Shown here piece by piece: positions 46,457 through 60,010 of a stretch of 64,000 nucleotides of DNA. The number at the start of each line of letters is the position of its first letter. Within the stretch, counting starts at the first letter, position 1. Position numbers and translations under genes: made by a program. The DNA lies in the NCBI GenBank assembly GCA_001643675.2, contig LSRY02000024.1:1-64000 (forward strand), written 5' to 3'. Below the pieces are notes generated by a model. That model saw nothing but the letters and a program-made list of their open reading frames with translations. It did not search any database and was not told the DNA's origin. This DNA is from Monocercomonoides exilis PA203 (lineage: Eukaryota; Protista; Preaxostyla).

Positions 46457-49400
46457 ATCATTGAAATAGCGTTTTGTACGTCAACAGATCCTGCTTTTTG
46501 TTTTGTGGAATCATCGAGGATGATTTATGACAAATACTTAAAAAAATTGCAAAGAAAAACAAAATGCAACATACAAAAGAAAACCGCTTTAACAAGCCTC
46601 AGTTTCATGGTTCAATTGATTCATTTGAGCTTTCAGTTTGCAAGAACAAAATCGATTGATCAGTCAAAAAAAGCGATTATGAAATACTTGATCTGGATTG
46701 TTTCCGTTTTGATCATTCTGTGGAAACAAGAATATCAACACCGAAAGGCAAATAATAAACATGCTTTTCCATTAACTTTTGAGAGCGAGATTCTTTGAAA
46801 CATTAAAGGAAAATAGAAAAAATAAAAAAATAAAAATTAAATTAATTGAAAATAATACCAGAAAGAGACACATTTATTTCTGAAACACATATTTTTGTGA
46901 TCATTATGTTTTTCCAAGCAATTATTGAACAATGGACAAAATAAAGAAAGATTGGAATTTTCGATTCAACAATGAAAATAAGAGAGAAACAACAATTATA
47001 AACAAATTATGCATTCAACAAAACAAAACAAAATCCAGTGAGTTCTCAGATCGAGAATGACAAACGAGTATCATTTTTTGTGGAAGGAAAGAATTACCAC
47101 ATTTCTTTATTGTTGCAATCAAGATGATGAAACATGAACAGTATGAATAATGAGTTACAAAGGAAGAGAAATAGAAATGGAAAAGGATGAGACAAAAAAG
47201 AAAGAGGAAATTAGAAATCAGACTGCAGTTCTTCAAACAAAACGAAGAGGAGAAATATTTAATTGAAGAATATTCATCACTCTTCGTTTGTCAGATAATA
47301 ACAAAGAAAAATAAAACAAAAAAACCATTGACGAATCAAAAGATCAGAATTTTCTTTTGAAATGACTTTCAAAAGATGAAAGAAACTGATTAAAATTTGT
47401 TGCAGTTGTTCTGATTGATATTTTTGTTTTTCTTTTCGAAGTATTTATTCAACCAAACAAAGCCACGAACAAGCTTCTGCAAAGACAGGAATAATTGCTA
47501 AGAAATTGTTCACAATTCTTTTTCATTGTTTTGGAAACCAGTTCCTTTCACACAAACAAGTTTGATGACTTCTTTATTGAAAAATCACTCAAACCACATA
47601 ATCATCGTGGAATTGCAATCTCCATTTATTTGTGGTGAAGTGATGCCATTTTCATTTCCCCATATTTTCTCTTGTTCCGCCTGCAAATGAATTCTCTCCT
47701 TTTCCAAAAAGGATCTTATGCGACTTGATTGAAACGATGAAACATATCTCTTGGTTTTTTTCATCTTCTTCTTTCTTTTTAATTTCTTCATGAATATTAA
47801 ATTCTCTAAAGCATAAATTTGTGCCTTTCCCCCTCTTCAATCAACTGTTCAACACAATTGACAGATTTTGCTCCTCAAAACTTCATTTTTCCGATTTTCT
47901 TCCTTTGCTCATATTTGTTCTCGATTTGATTTATACAAATGATTTTTTCTCTATCAACTAATTCTTTCAAAGCATCATATTCGAATTCAAAAAAAAAAAA
48001 ATGATCTCTATCCTTTCCTCGATTTGTTCCAATTTCAAAATAAAATATGATAATTGACAAAATGATGAGAGAAACAACCCTTTATTTTTTTGAGGTGAAA
48101 TATAAGCAATTTCGTTAAATTGCATATAATTTTTTCAAGAATAGAAACAACTGAAACATCGAATGCGATTTTGAAGAAGAAAAATCAAAATTGAAAAGGA
48201 TGATGTTTCATGCTTCCTAAATAAGAATGACTTTAATAAATCGCTCATTCTCATGTTTGAAGCACTTGAAAATGGCTGGAGGTATTTCAAGATGACATTA
48301 TTAAAAATGAGCATTATATCAAAAATTATTGCATGAGAACAACAAAAATGTGCCTTTATTCACTGAAGACATTCCAATGATTTTATTCTTTATTCTGCCT
48401 CCTCTTGGAAATAACAATTTAAATGGAAACAAATATTTTGAGTTTGGTTTTTTCTTCACTTTCTTTATGTTTCATTTTCATTTTGAGTTATTTTTCTCCT
48501 GTTTATTTAAAGCCTGAACAGCTTTCCTGAGCCAATAGCATCAGTCAATGTCAGTGAAAGTATCTTATTCAACAGAATCTGAAGAAAAATTCAGAACGAA
48601 TGTTTCATATGAGACAGCGAAGTGGAAGACGAAGAAGTAATACATGAATTTTTTTCAAAGGGAAAAAAAATTTATGTCCGTCTTTTAAGGCATTTTTTGA
48701 AGAATTGGGAGGTTATTTCGATGAACAGAGATCAATCAGTGGTTCCAACATTTAATTGGTGAAAAAGAAGAAATGAAAATGACTTAAATTCTTGGAAGGT
48801 TTTGCATTAATGTTTTAATTGAAATTTGGAACATTCATGAATGTTTTTAATTTACGGAAAACCAAAAAAAGAAGAAATGGGTAACTATCTGGTTCAGATG
48901 AATTGATAACATCAAACACATTTCGATAATTGAAGAAAATAGGCATTAGAATTTGAGTGTTTTGCGAACATGAGGAATGAGAATTCTTCTTCTTCAGATT
49001 TGCAATCATTCTAAAATTCAAAAGGAAAAATGCTCTGTTATTTTCTCAACAAATCTCAAACGGGTTTGAAGGAAGATCATTCTCATCAGAAATACAGTTA
49101 CCGAAATCCTTTCAATAAAGGAAAATCATTCATTCACAGAATATTCCAAGAAGATTGATATATAAACAGAAGAATTGACAATTACACATTTTTGCCTAAA
49201 GTTATGGAACAACAAAGATAGAAACTTCATTCAACATATCATTCCATCTTTGATCTTCTTCTTCGTTGACTTAACTGATGCTGCGGCTTTAACCGATCTA
49301 TTCTGATGTGTGTGAGAGAAAGCATTGAGCAAAGACAAAAGAAAGAAAAACTCAAAAAGCGGGAATGAAATACAAAGACAATTGAAAAATGTGTTGAAAG

Positions 49401-50001
49401 ATCAAATTTGAGGAAATAAAGGAAAAAAAGAGGAAACATGAAAAAATAGATTTGTGATAGAGAAAGAAAAGAAGAAGAAAACTATTTAAATGATGGACTC
49501 AGAACACTTTTTGAAGATAAGCTGAAAGAGGTGAATAACAGAAGATGAAGAAGAAGAAGAAGAAAGAGATTTGTATTTTCTTGAGCCTCTTTGAAGAAAA
49601 AAAAAAAAAGAATCTTGATGAAAAATGTTTTTATTTATCAAAGAGATACTCTGAGGAATATTGATGAAAGAGAACATGATGATGATTTTTCACTTTGCTG
49701 TTATTTGAAATGTATGTGAATTGTTTCCTTTCACAGAAAGAATAAAATAACCACAAAAAGATAAAAAAAGATGAATTAACGAAAACTCATTGACATTGAA
49801 AATGAAGCATTCCAATAAAGAACATCTCCAACAGCAACATAAATAAGACATCTTCAAAAACAGCGTTAATTCACTCGACAGCAAGAATTATTCAATGATA
49901 TTCATTGATTAATCGCTCTTTTTCTCCTTCTCCTTCATTTTAATCAAAATTCCTGCTTGGTTTCTTCGATTCTACTTTTTTTTTCTGCAAAAAATCCATC
50001 T

Positions 50002-53000
50002 TTATCTTGAAAACAGTGTGCCACCGTCATCCCCGCTCTCAATTGCGCTTCCATTGGCTTCATCTTCACCTGATTCTTCAAGAGCGATGGCATCAGACAT
50101 CGTTAGCATCACACATCCCTCGGGAATGCGATGGATGAACTCCCTTTTCAGAGCAGTTAGGGACATCCTCTCAGAAAAATTGTCACTCCAACAGGATCTC
50201 ACAACCAAGCTCAAATGCGATTGCTCAACTATCCCGAGTTTTGGTCTTTCTCCATTCACAATCTTCTGTCCTGCCACCTCTGCCTCATACTCACCAAACG
50301 GGATTTGAAGGGACAGGCACTCCCACAACATCATCCCGATCGAGAATGACACTGACTCCTTTGTTGCCCCCATCTTCTTGTTGATCAGCAGCTCAGGCGC
50401 CTTCCACCTCAAGCACTCTTTCCTGAAGTCATCCTCATCCTCAAATGCTGATGATGGAAGGGAGTCCTCATCATCACCACTGGCAGATGTCACAACTGTT
50501 GATGATGAGATTGAGGATGAATCAGAATCATCATCAGATGAGAAGTCAGAGTGCATCACGATGCAGATCACCATATGTTCCGAAAACAACACAATGTGAG
50601 GACTCAAGTTGGTGAGTGATTGAAGAGGATTTTCCATTTCATCAAATGAGTGTTGAGCGAGATTGGCCACCCAAAACAAGACCTGCGCAGCTGTCTGCTC
50701 CCTCTCTTGCAGATTCCCAATCACCATCTCTTTCTTCTCATTTCTTCCATGCAGCAGCATGAACAATGAATCCCTCAAGTCCACAATCAGCTTCTCGTGA
50801 GGTGATGAGCATGCCATTGCATCCACCAGATTTGACATCGATGAGGTGGTCGGGCACAGATCTTCCCTTCGAACAAAAGTGGATTCTGTGTCTGAAGTGT
50901 CTGTTGTTGAAGTGGATGAAATGGATGGTGAAGGTGCTCTCTTTCTTGTCTCTTCATCTTCTTTTTCATCCACCTTTTCTAACATCCATTGAGGAATCTT
51001 GTCTGAGTCTCTTCCAAGGATGTATTCAGTGGAGCCACTCTCAGAAAGAAGATGTTCAGAGGACTCTGAATGTGACAAGCTTTTCTCATACACTCTCTTC
51101 TTTATCCTTTCTTCGTTCTTCTTCTCTGCCTCCCTCTCTGCTCTCTTCCACTGTTCCTCTGGAGACATCTCCATTGTTACCATTTCAAAAGCCTTCGGAT
51201 CCTTTTTAACAGTATCTTCCACAATTATTTCCAATTCTTCAGTCCGTCTTTTTTGCTTTCTCCACCGAACAATAAAAGCAATAGCAACAATTAGAACAAT
51301 AAAGAATAGAACAACAAATAGAACAGCGATTATAAGAGCCCATGATGGTTTTCCTTCTCTTTCTCCTTCAACGAGTTTTTCATCTCCCTTTGGTTCAGTC
51401 TCACTTTTATTCTTCAGGATAAATGAATCAGTGGATGATGGTGAAGCTTTTCTTCCAAACAAAATTTTCACTGACACTTCTGTTCTATCGCCTGCTTTTC
51501 TTAAAAGCTCTGTATCAATCACTCCAACAACTGCATTTTCTGATTCAAAGTCTGATTCTTCGAAGTTGAATGTTTCAATCAATTCCTCCTCACCTTCTTT
51601 GAACGAACAGAGAATGACAAATTGCAAGGCAGAAAAAGCGATCCTTCAAATTTGAGATTTGTATTTGTTCCATTCTCTTCGCTTTTCACACTCTCCAGCA
51701 CAGGAATGAAGAATGATGATCCCCTTTCAGAAACAATTCCTCCAAAACCGCACACATCATTCAGCATCCACAATGAGGTATTTCTTTCCCATCCATCTCC
51801 TCCTTTCAAACTTGTGATGCTCAGTGATCCTGAATCTGAACAGATAATGTTTCTTCTCACAGATGGGTATTTTGAGAATCTTGGATTGTTGTTTGCGAAC
51901 AACCCCATTTCAATGACAACGGTTCCGCCACACACAGACAACCCTCCATTTGAGGCATTCGATATGATAGTGTCTTTCACTGCTACTGATGAGTCTTTCG
52001 GTTCCACCATTGATCCGTTCCATCGGCAGACTTGATCTTGCCAAGCATTCAGCTCATCCCTTTTGTCGCCAACATCCATTGTCCCATCAAACAAACAGGA
52101 ATCAAGAGAAATGTTTTGACATGAACTCATTGTCAAAGCACTTCCTTTCTTGTTTGCCACGCTTTTGTGAGTCAGCGATATATTTGCACATCTGACACAA
52201 CTGGCACATTTTCCAACATGAATCACTGTTGATTGTTCACCAGAAATGCTGATATTTTCGAACTTTGAGAGGAGAAAATCGAAAGATTCTCCAGCCACAC
52301 AGATATTTCCATCTTCCTTCCCTTCAACAAATACCGCATTCTTCTCGACTTGCACAGCATTCACTCTCAGCTTATCGAGAGACAAATCCCCCCAAAACGA
52401 GTGAATGTGAATCAGATAAGGATATTCCACAGAAATGTTTTCAATCAAGAGATCAAGGAATCTCAGTTCTGAACTAACTATTTCCACAAGTGCAAATGAA
52501 ATGTGTGACTCGTCAATGTTTGCTTTCCCTGAGAATTGACAACTTTCAATTGAGAGGGCTGCATGCTCTGAATAAAAAAATGAGGAGTGAGCTGTTGTTA
52601 TTTCTGTTGGGAAGTGGAAAGAAATCAACTTAAGAGCAACTGAGCCAGAACAATTAACAATGCAACTCTTTTCAATTTCTGTGATTTCCTTTATTTCTAT
52701 TGAAGCAGCTGTTTTCTTTCGAGACATCAAGGTCGCGTCACAGAGTTCGATTTCACAGTCGATCACACTCTGCAAGTCGACAAGAAGCCTGCTGTCCACT
52801 TTATGGGTGAGATGGATGAGAGAGTAGCCAATGGTGGTGCAAGGAAGTGCAAGAGTTCCACACTGCTGCGTGTCTTTCCCTCCTTTGGTTTGCTCCGAGC
52901 TAACAACAATCGTATCTGACTGGAATATGAGAATGAAGTCGAGAAGATTGACAGGCTCGGAAGAAAATTCGTTTCGGTCAATCCCATAGATTGCATTCAG

Positions 53001-56000
53001 ACGAACAAAAACACTCGGATCAAAATCCATTTTGAACATTGTTTCATTTATTTGTGTGTTCAGATTGATGCACTCAACAAACATATCTCGCCCCACCTGG
53101 GCTGTGTTTGAATCGAACTTCAATGGCTCGATGTGCATGCTGAGCTTTGTTGTGAGTTCTGTTCTCAAATAAAGTCCACCTCCCCTTCCATTTGTTGTGG
53201 AACATCCACACATTTCCACGAGGCATTTTTTCAAGTTGAATAAGCCTCCCTCACACAGCTCAATGAGAATGCATCCTCCTTTTCGTGTTTCTGGTGACTG
53301 GCATCCAGAAAAGTTTGAGTACACAAAGAATATATTTGTGTTTGTGGAGTCGATGCAACTCAGAACACGGCTCTCATCATTCTTTCCGTTCACTGAAAGA
53401 AAAGAGGAAGAGTTGATTTGAATCTGTTTTTTCTCTTCATTTCTTTCACTTGTTGGAATGGATACAACATCTACAAGACTTCCATCAGTCAGATTCACTG
53501 ATTGGATTTTCATGTCAATAATTCCAACATTCACCTTGTTGGATGTATCAATCATGCTTCGCCCAATGTTTATCGACTCCACTTCCAAATCTTGAATCAT
53601 CAAACATCCATTGAGAATTTGTACAAATGCAACGGAAAGGGGATTTGTATGTGGAGCAAGTGAGTAGAACTGGCAACTCATTATTGTAATGTTTCCATTT
53701 TGGCCGGCAATGAGAGCATCATTCAGACACACAAAATCTGAGCTTGTGGACATTCGAACATGATTAATTGTCACCTTGCGATTAACGTTCAGCAACACTT
53801 TTTCATCAGGAGACACATTCTCAAACATCAAAGTGCTCATTTCAGGCTCATCGATTGTGATTGTAGATGATTCAATTTCCAAATCAGAAATATGAAATTC
53901 GTCTCTGATTGAGCACTCTCCTTTCAGCATTATTTTCTTTTCATCAGAATCGGACTTGATTTGTTTCATCCCTTTCCAAAAGGATTTGCAAGGATCTTCA
54001 TTGCTTCCACATCTCAAAACATCAGCACCATCTTCAGACACAAACACTGTTCCACTCTCATATTTGATGAGGAATCGGAAAAGATCAGTATTCAAAAACT
54101 TCGTATCACTTCCATCAAAAAGTGTTTCATCACTGGCCATCTGTCCATATAGAAAGGAAAATTTATCGTTTGTGACAGTGGAATTCAGATCGTTGCACTT
54201 CAGAAACATGTTTTTTCCATGTTCTGCTTTGTTGTCTGAGAATGTGGGATCTGCAATTGTGAATGAGGGATTCTCTCCAGACAAATCAAGAAAAAGTGCA
54301 CCCCCTCTTCCATTCTTTGTGACACCTTGCTGAGCCCAAGGTGCATGGCACGAAGTGAAACTGCATTGTTCGACTGCTAATGAGCTTTGATCTTCTGAAC
54401 AGACATAAATTGCTCCTCCTCCATTTGATTCTGACTCAACACCACAATTCACAAACTCGCAATTCGAAAGATTGACAGGCACAGTTGCAGAGTCTTCATC
54501 ACTCGAAATGCAGAGGCAAGCACCATTCTGCTTCTGACGTGTTATTGAATGAAAATCAGTGTTTGTGATATTCATATTTTTTCCATTTTTGCTGAACACG
54601 ACACTGCAATTGTCCAATGTGCAAGATGAAAACTCTGAGTTTTGGATGGAAATGGATCCTCTTTCCTCTGCAGCAACCAGACCCTCCTTTGAATTACTTG
54701 TGGCATTCCTCAGAAACGCTGCATCCAGTGTTCCTTCTGCATTCTCTCCGCTCACACAAATAGCTGAAAAGCTCCCAAAACATGTGTCCACAATTTCGAA
54801 TTGATCAAGGCACATTGTTCCATTGAGAACACAGCAAAAGCTGTATTCAACAACCACATCACTTTTGGATGGAACGATGCAGCAGTTGTGGAGACTCAAC
54901 GAATGCGAAGTGCAGCAGAGAAATGGCTTGCTCTGAGGCAACGAGGATGGAAGAGAAAACGAGATATTTGAAATGTCTGTGTCTATTCTTGTTTCAACAA
55001 ACCCGTTCTCAGGCGACGATGAATCCTCAACAACCTCAATCACTGTTCCCTTCCTTTCAACAGAAATATCATATCCCCAGTCATCAAAAACTGATGGACA
55101 ATCAAACTTGAAAGGAGGGACAAATTTGATTTTTCTTATGGAAGAGCTGAAATGAGTCCTTACAGCATATTGCAATGTTCTGCAAGGAGAAACAGAAAAT
55201 CCGCATCTCAGATGATCTGAACCAGCTGATCCGCTCACAGTCACAATCAAAGGAAATGACTTCCAAAACAAAACAAAAGGGATTGCAGCACCTATTTCGC
55301 TTTCCTCAAATCCCATCAGCTCATCCAACACATTCTCATCAAGAATAAAGCCAAACTTTGAGCGAGAGCACAACTCTTCAAGCTCTGTAGCAACCACAAA
55401 CACATTCTTTCCATATACAGCTTTGTTCACTGTGAAGTTGATATTTCCGAATTCAAAAGCCTTCCCTCCAGCTGTGCAGTCAATCATGATTCCTCCTCCA
55501 ACGCCTCTTTCATTTGCTCCTTTCTCTGCCTTGCATTGTTCGAAGCCACTTCCAAAATCATTTGAGCTTTTATTTCCAATTGCCACTTCGCTTCCATTAT
55601 TCATCTTCACCATCAATGCGCCCCCATTTCCATCAAGACACGAGCAGTCGCGAATCCTGAAATCCACAAGACTCAATTTCTCACCCTCATCCACAATCAC
55701 TTCAACCAATGAACCGTTTCCTGACTTTCGCACAATGCCATCAAACACTGATCCTGAGAAGGTAATATCGTTCACAGATTCCATTGAAATCAAGGGAATA
55801 TTTTCCATACAGATATGCTTGAACAAGCAATTGTTGATGATCGTTGTTGATCTTTCTTTTGCTTCAATCAAAGATCGACTGAATGACTGTGCCTGGCTAT
55901 CAGATTCGCTTCGAATCTCGCATCCATCCAGACGTGCAGCTCCATTTCCATTCACAGACAAAAGACTGCCACTGGCTGAGGTTGCTGAATCGTGGATGAG

Positions 56001-57830
56001 TGTGAATGCTGAAATGATCAGATCTCCATTTTCCACTGAAATGAGTGACTTTCCGGAAATCACATCTCTGGAGCGAACAACCGAGTTGTCGCATCTGTGT
56101 CCGATGAATTCCATTTTGAACGAATTAATTGAAATACTGTTTTCTTCATAATGCCCGCTGAAAACAACCACATTTTGTGTTGAACGCTTGATTAATGCAT
56201 GTGCAATGGTTTTGAATGGTCTAGCCCGATATCCACAGCCAGGTTCATCTGCTCCCCTCAGCCAGGAAACAAACAACTGATCAAAGCCATTTAAAGATGT
56301 GACAGCATCTGGAAGCCAATTATCCTTGTTGTTTATGCCATCTACGACTCGAGGATGGCTGCTTGTTGAATAACATCCAACAACATCTGAATCAGATATT
56401 TTTCCAACCCAAGTTCCGATGAATGAAATATCTGTCCCATTGGTTGAGTTACTTGCCTTATTTCCATTGAAAAAGCAGTATTTGATTGATCCTCCATGTT
56501 TTTCTCCAAATGACATTGTATACAGCAATGCACCAAATAGACCAGAAACGCAGTTTTTTATGCAACTATCAGTTACAAACCCCTTTCCATTTGAAGACCA
56601 GAAACACATTCCTGCATTTCTTGATGCCTTGCATCCAGAGACAACTACTGAATCAATCAATGCACCATTTGTATTCATGATTAAAATGGCTGCATAGTGA
56701 ATTGAACGACAATTGAAGAAAAGACAGTTTTTTATAACAACTGATTTGTCATCATTTGATGTGATTCCTCCGCAACAATATGTTGAATTGCAATTTGTGC
56801 AATTTGAATCAAAAACATCAACTTTTCTACATGAACTTGAGTACATTGATCCACCGTTGAAGTTTGAGCCTTCTGTTCCACAGGAGCACTCATTGAAATG
56901 GCATCTCGAAACAAGACAGATGACATTTTCAGATGAGAAATACAAAGCTCCACCAGCATTTTTTGGAGATGAGCATTTGAAGAAACAATCAATAAATGAA
57001 ATGTTTCCTTCATTGAAAGACTGTCTCTGATCAAATGACTCGTTTGAGACAATGATAGTATTTTGGCATGAATTGAAAGATGAGTTTTTCACTATGAAAG
57101 ATATGCAAGATGGGGATACAATTGATCCGTAATAGGGCTGAACGCAGTTTATGAAATCTGAAGAAGAAACCTCTATATAATCTGTTGAATGTTTTTTGTG
57201 AAGGATATCTGCTGAATGATGAACAATTGAAATGTTCTGAAAATGACAGTTATGCATCACAACATTTGATGCCTTGCCAGAATACAACACTGTTCCATCC
57301 AATTCTGCCAATGCAACATTTTTCATCACTGAGTTGCTAATTGTCAATGAACCGTGCTTTGCTATATGAACAATTGATTGTCTGATTGCTTGTAAACGAT
57401 CATCCAGCACGATTCTTATTTTTGACATTGTGACTTTGCCTGAAGATGTGATGAACGAACTCAAGGATGAAGACGAAATGAAAAAACTGCAACTCGAGAT
57501 ATTCATCAATGAAAGCGAATCTCCGCTAAGGGAGCATGTTTTTGAATTTGACAACAAGTTCATTTGATTCAAATCCACTGAAGAGTTGACGAGATTAAAC
57601 AACTGTTGGTGATTCGATGAAGTTAGACATGTTTTTTCTTCCTCGCTTTCCTTATAAAAGAACTGATTTATCAATGAACTCTTATTGACTTGACTGGATT
57701 CATGAAGAGAAGGGCTTGATAATGGGATATTTGTCTCATAATTCATCAAAGTCTCAAAATGGCGATTGAAGCAATCATTTGATGCACAAACCTTAAATAA
57801 CAAGCTTAAATAGAATAGAACTATTAACAT
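50002..57830 (-). CDS. ~2600-aa receptor-like protein: signal peptide, beta-helix ectodomain, TM, cytoplasmic TKL-like pseudokinase; one frameshift near 51600
   Basis: The 2083-aa and 541-aa ORFs overlap with a single-base shift. Repeated GGA[LI]Y and CG...PC.T modules, TM WALIIAVLFVVLFFIVLIVAIAFIV-RWRK, kinase C-lobe LRWKAPELL...SFSIGMMLWECLSLQIPF...GERP. Confidence 0.88.
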
Positions 57831-58799
57831 CTGTATGTTTCCAAAAAAAACTGTGAGAGACGATTTATTTTTGTCGCGAAAAATGAAATTCTTTTGTTTT
57901 TTGATTATTCAAAAAATATAATGGGTCTTATAGAAAAAATTATACATGTGTTTTCATGAAAATTAAGTTGTCTTTTTTGACAAACAAAGATATCAAAAAA
58001 GTGATAAAATAATTCAATTTAGCTGTTTGCTTGAATGTGGATCTTCACTCATTTGAGATTTGAAAATGCAAAACTGACAAATAATGATTATGTTCATTTT
58101 TTCCAAGTCAAAATCTGATGTGTTATTTCATTTCACACTTATTCGCATGTTGCCGCTGAATATTCAACGTATCATGTAATCTGAATATTTGTTATTTGAT
58201 TCCAATTTTTTTTCTCAATGAAAAAAATTGTTTTTCACAAATAACAATTGTAAACAGTCATTCTCTGAAGCATTTTTTTTATTTGATAAGGAAAAATAAA
58301 GTTCACTGACATGTTGAATAAAAGTGATGATAACAAGGTTGGTTTTTTTGATAAGTTTGAGTTTTCTGTATTTATGAAATATGTTTTTTTTAGAATTATA
58401 TTTTCTTTGTTCATCGAAATTTTGTTCAAACTTTCCAAAAAATTAATAGTCATTTGGTAACAATTAAAATTATCACACATATGTGGCTCATTGTCATTGT
58501 CGTTTGTTCTATTTTCAAGTTTTGTGTTTCTTTTTTCTTTTCTCGATTGGATGTTTGGGTTTTTAAAAGGATATTAATATCAATGGATGGATTTTGTTTT
58601 AAACAGAAAAGCAATGTTGTAGTGATGTGTTTTATTGGAGAAAAGGACAAATCCAATTCGGATGATGTGCAGTTACCAATAATCTTCATTTTTGTTGATA
58701 TTTTTTTGTTTTCTATTTTTTTGACGACATTGTGTTTTGTACGAAAGATTCAGATGGAATAGTCGAAACGGTGAATATTGCTCATTGAACAAAATCCTC

Positions 58800-60010
58800 A
58801 TATGAATTCAATACTGCTGTCTTGCTACTGCAGTATTGAGATTATTAGTTGTATTATTTTGCAAAGCAGGTGAATTAAATGTTTATTTTCAAATCCGAAT
58901 CTTTTTTATTAATAATCTGCGTTTTGAGAAGAACGTATATGTTGATGTGAAGATGACAATAATGAAGTGCCGACTTTTGTGTTTTGTTGTTTTTGACTTT
59001 TTTTGTGAATTCAAAATATTGTATTGCTTGTATTGCTGACTCTTGGGGAATATAACAAAGAACATCCAGACAAACTTGACATTGGTTTCACTTAACAATT
59101 GATGAAGTCAATCTGAACATGTTTTTCTTATCTGTCCAATTTTCAAGAAATTTCGTCAGAATTGTCTGAAACTACATGTTTGAAGTGTGTGGGCTGGATT
59201 ATCTTCATGGTGCGAATAAAATTCTAAGGAATTAATATCTTATATATTTGCTTTATTCATTTCTCAAAATTTCTTTGAATTAAGGCAACAAATCTCTTCT
59301 TTTCTTTCACTTTGAAAACACTGCCACTTTTCCATTAAAAGTCCTCATTTGTATTTATGTGTGTCTGTTCCTCTGAATGAAGGGACATCAAACCAGGCAA
59401 CATCATCCTGAACAGTCGCTCATCTACCTGTGAGAAATACGCTTCTGTGCATCATATAGAATTTGAGATTTGCCGGACTTTTCGACTAGAGGAAGATTGC
59501 TTCAGACAGATGGCGATGAAAAGAATCGTGTTTGAGTGAAAGACACGAATGAGAGATGGTGTTATTGCTTTCACAAGAAAGTGTTAAAAAAAGGAATAAG
59601 AAGTCATTTTAATGGAGATGAATGACGAATGAGGGATTATTGTTTGTTTCAAATAAAAACAAACACATTTTTCTGTTCATATTTTTTCAATCTTTCATTT
59701 TTTTTGTTGAACTTTTCAAAAGACCCCTTTGAATCAAGAACCTGAGCAGCTGTGTAACTACAAGTCTTTCAACACCTACGCTGTTTATATCTGGTCAGTG
59801 GGTGTTGTGTTCTGTTGGTAACTTAGATTAATGCAAGCTGTTTGGTGGAGTAAGTTCTCCAGGCGATATGATTGCAATCATTCAGCAGAGAAATAATCCT
59901 TCTTCTGTTAGAGACATCGATTCATGCGCCGAGGATCTGTTTTGAAAAATTCATGTGATCAGACCAGAAGAATGCGTCACAGCAAAAAATGAAGCCCTCC
60001 ACCTAAGGTT
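58800..60010 (+). pseudogene. Decayed Ser/Thr protein kinase
   Basis: GLDYLHGAN (59191), RDIKPGNIILN (59381) and IWSVGVV (59789) occur in the correct order but are broken by stops and frameshifts. Confidence 0.7.

Noticed and set aside
46500-49950. Short ORFs and coding-like patches (also 60100-62300)
   Set aside because: Too decayed to assign a product or boundaries from sequence alone.
50018-57052. Antisense and alternative-frame ORFs over the receptor gene, and similar ones over 15382-18499
   Set aside because: Shadow ORFs caused by codon bias and low complexity; no recognisable motifs.
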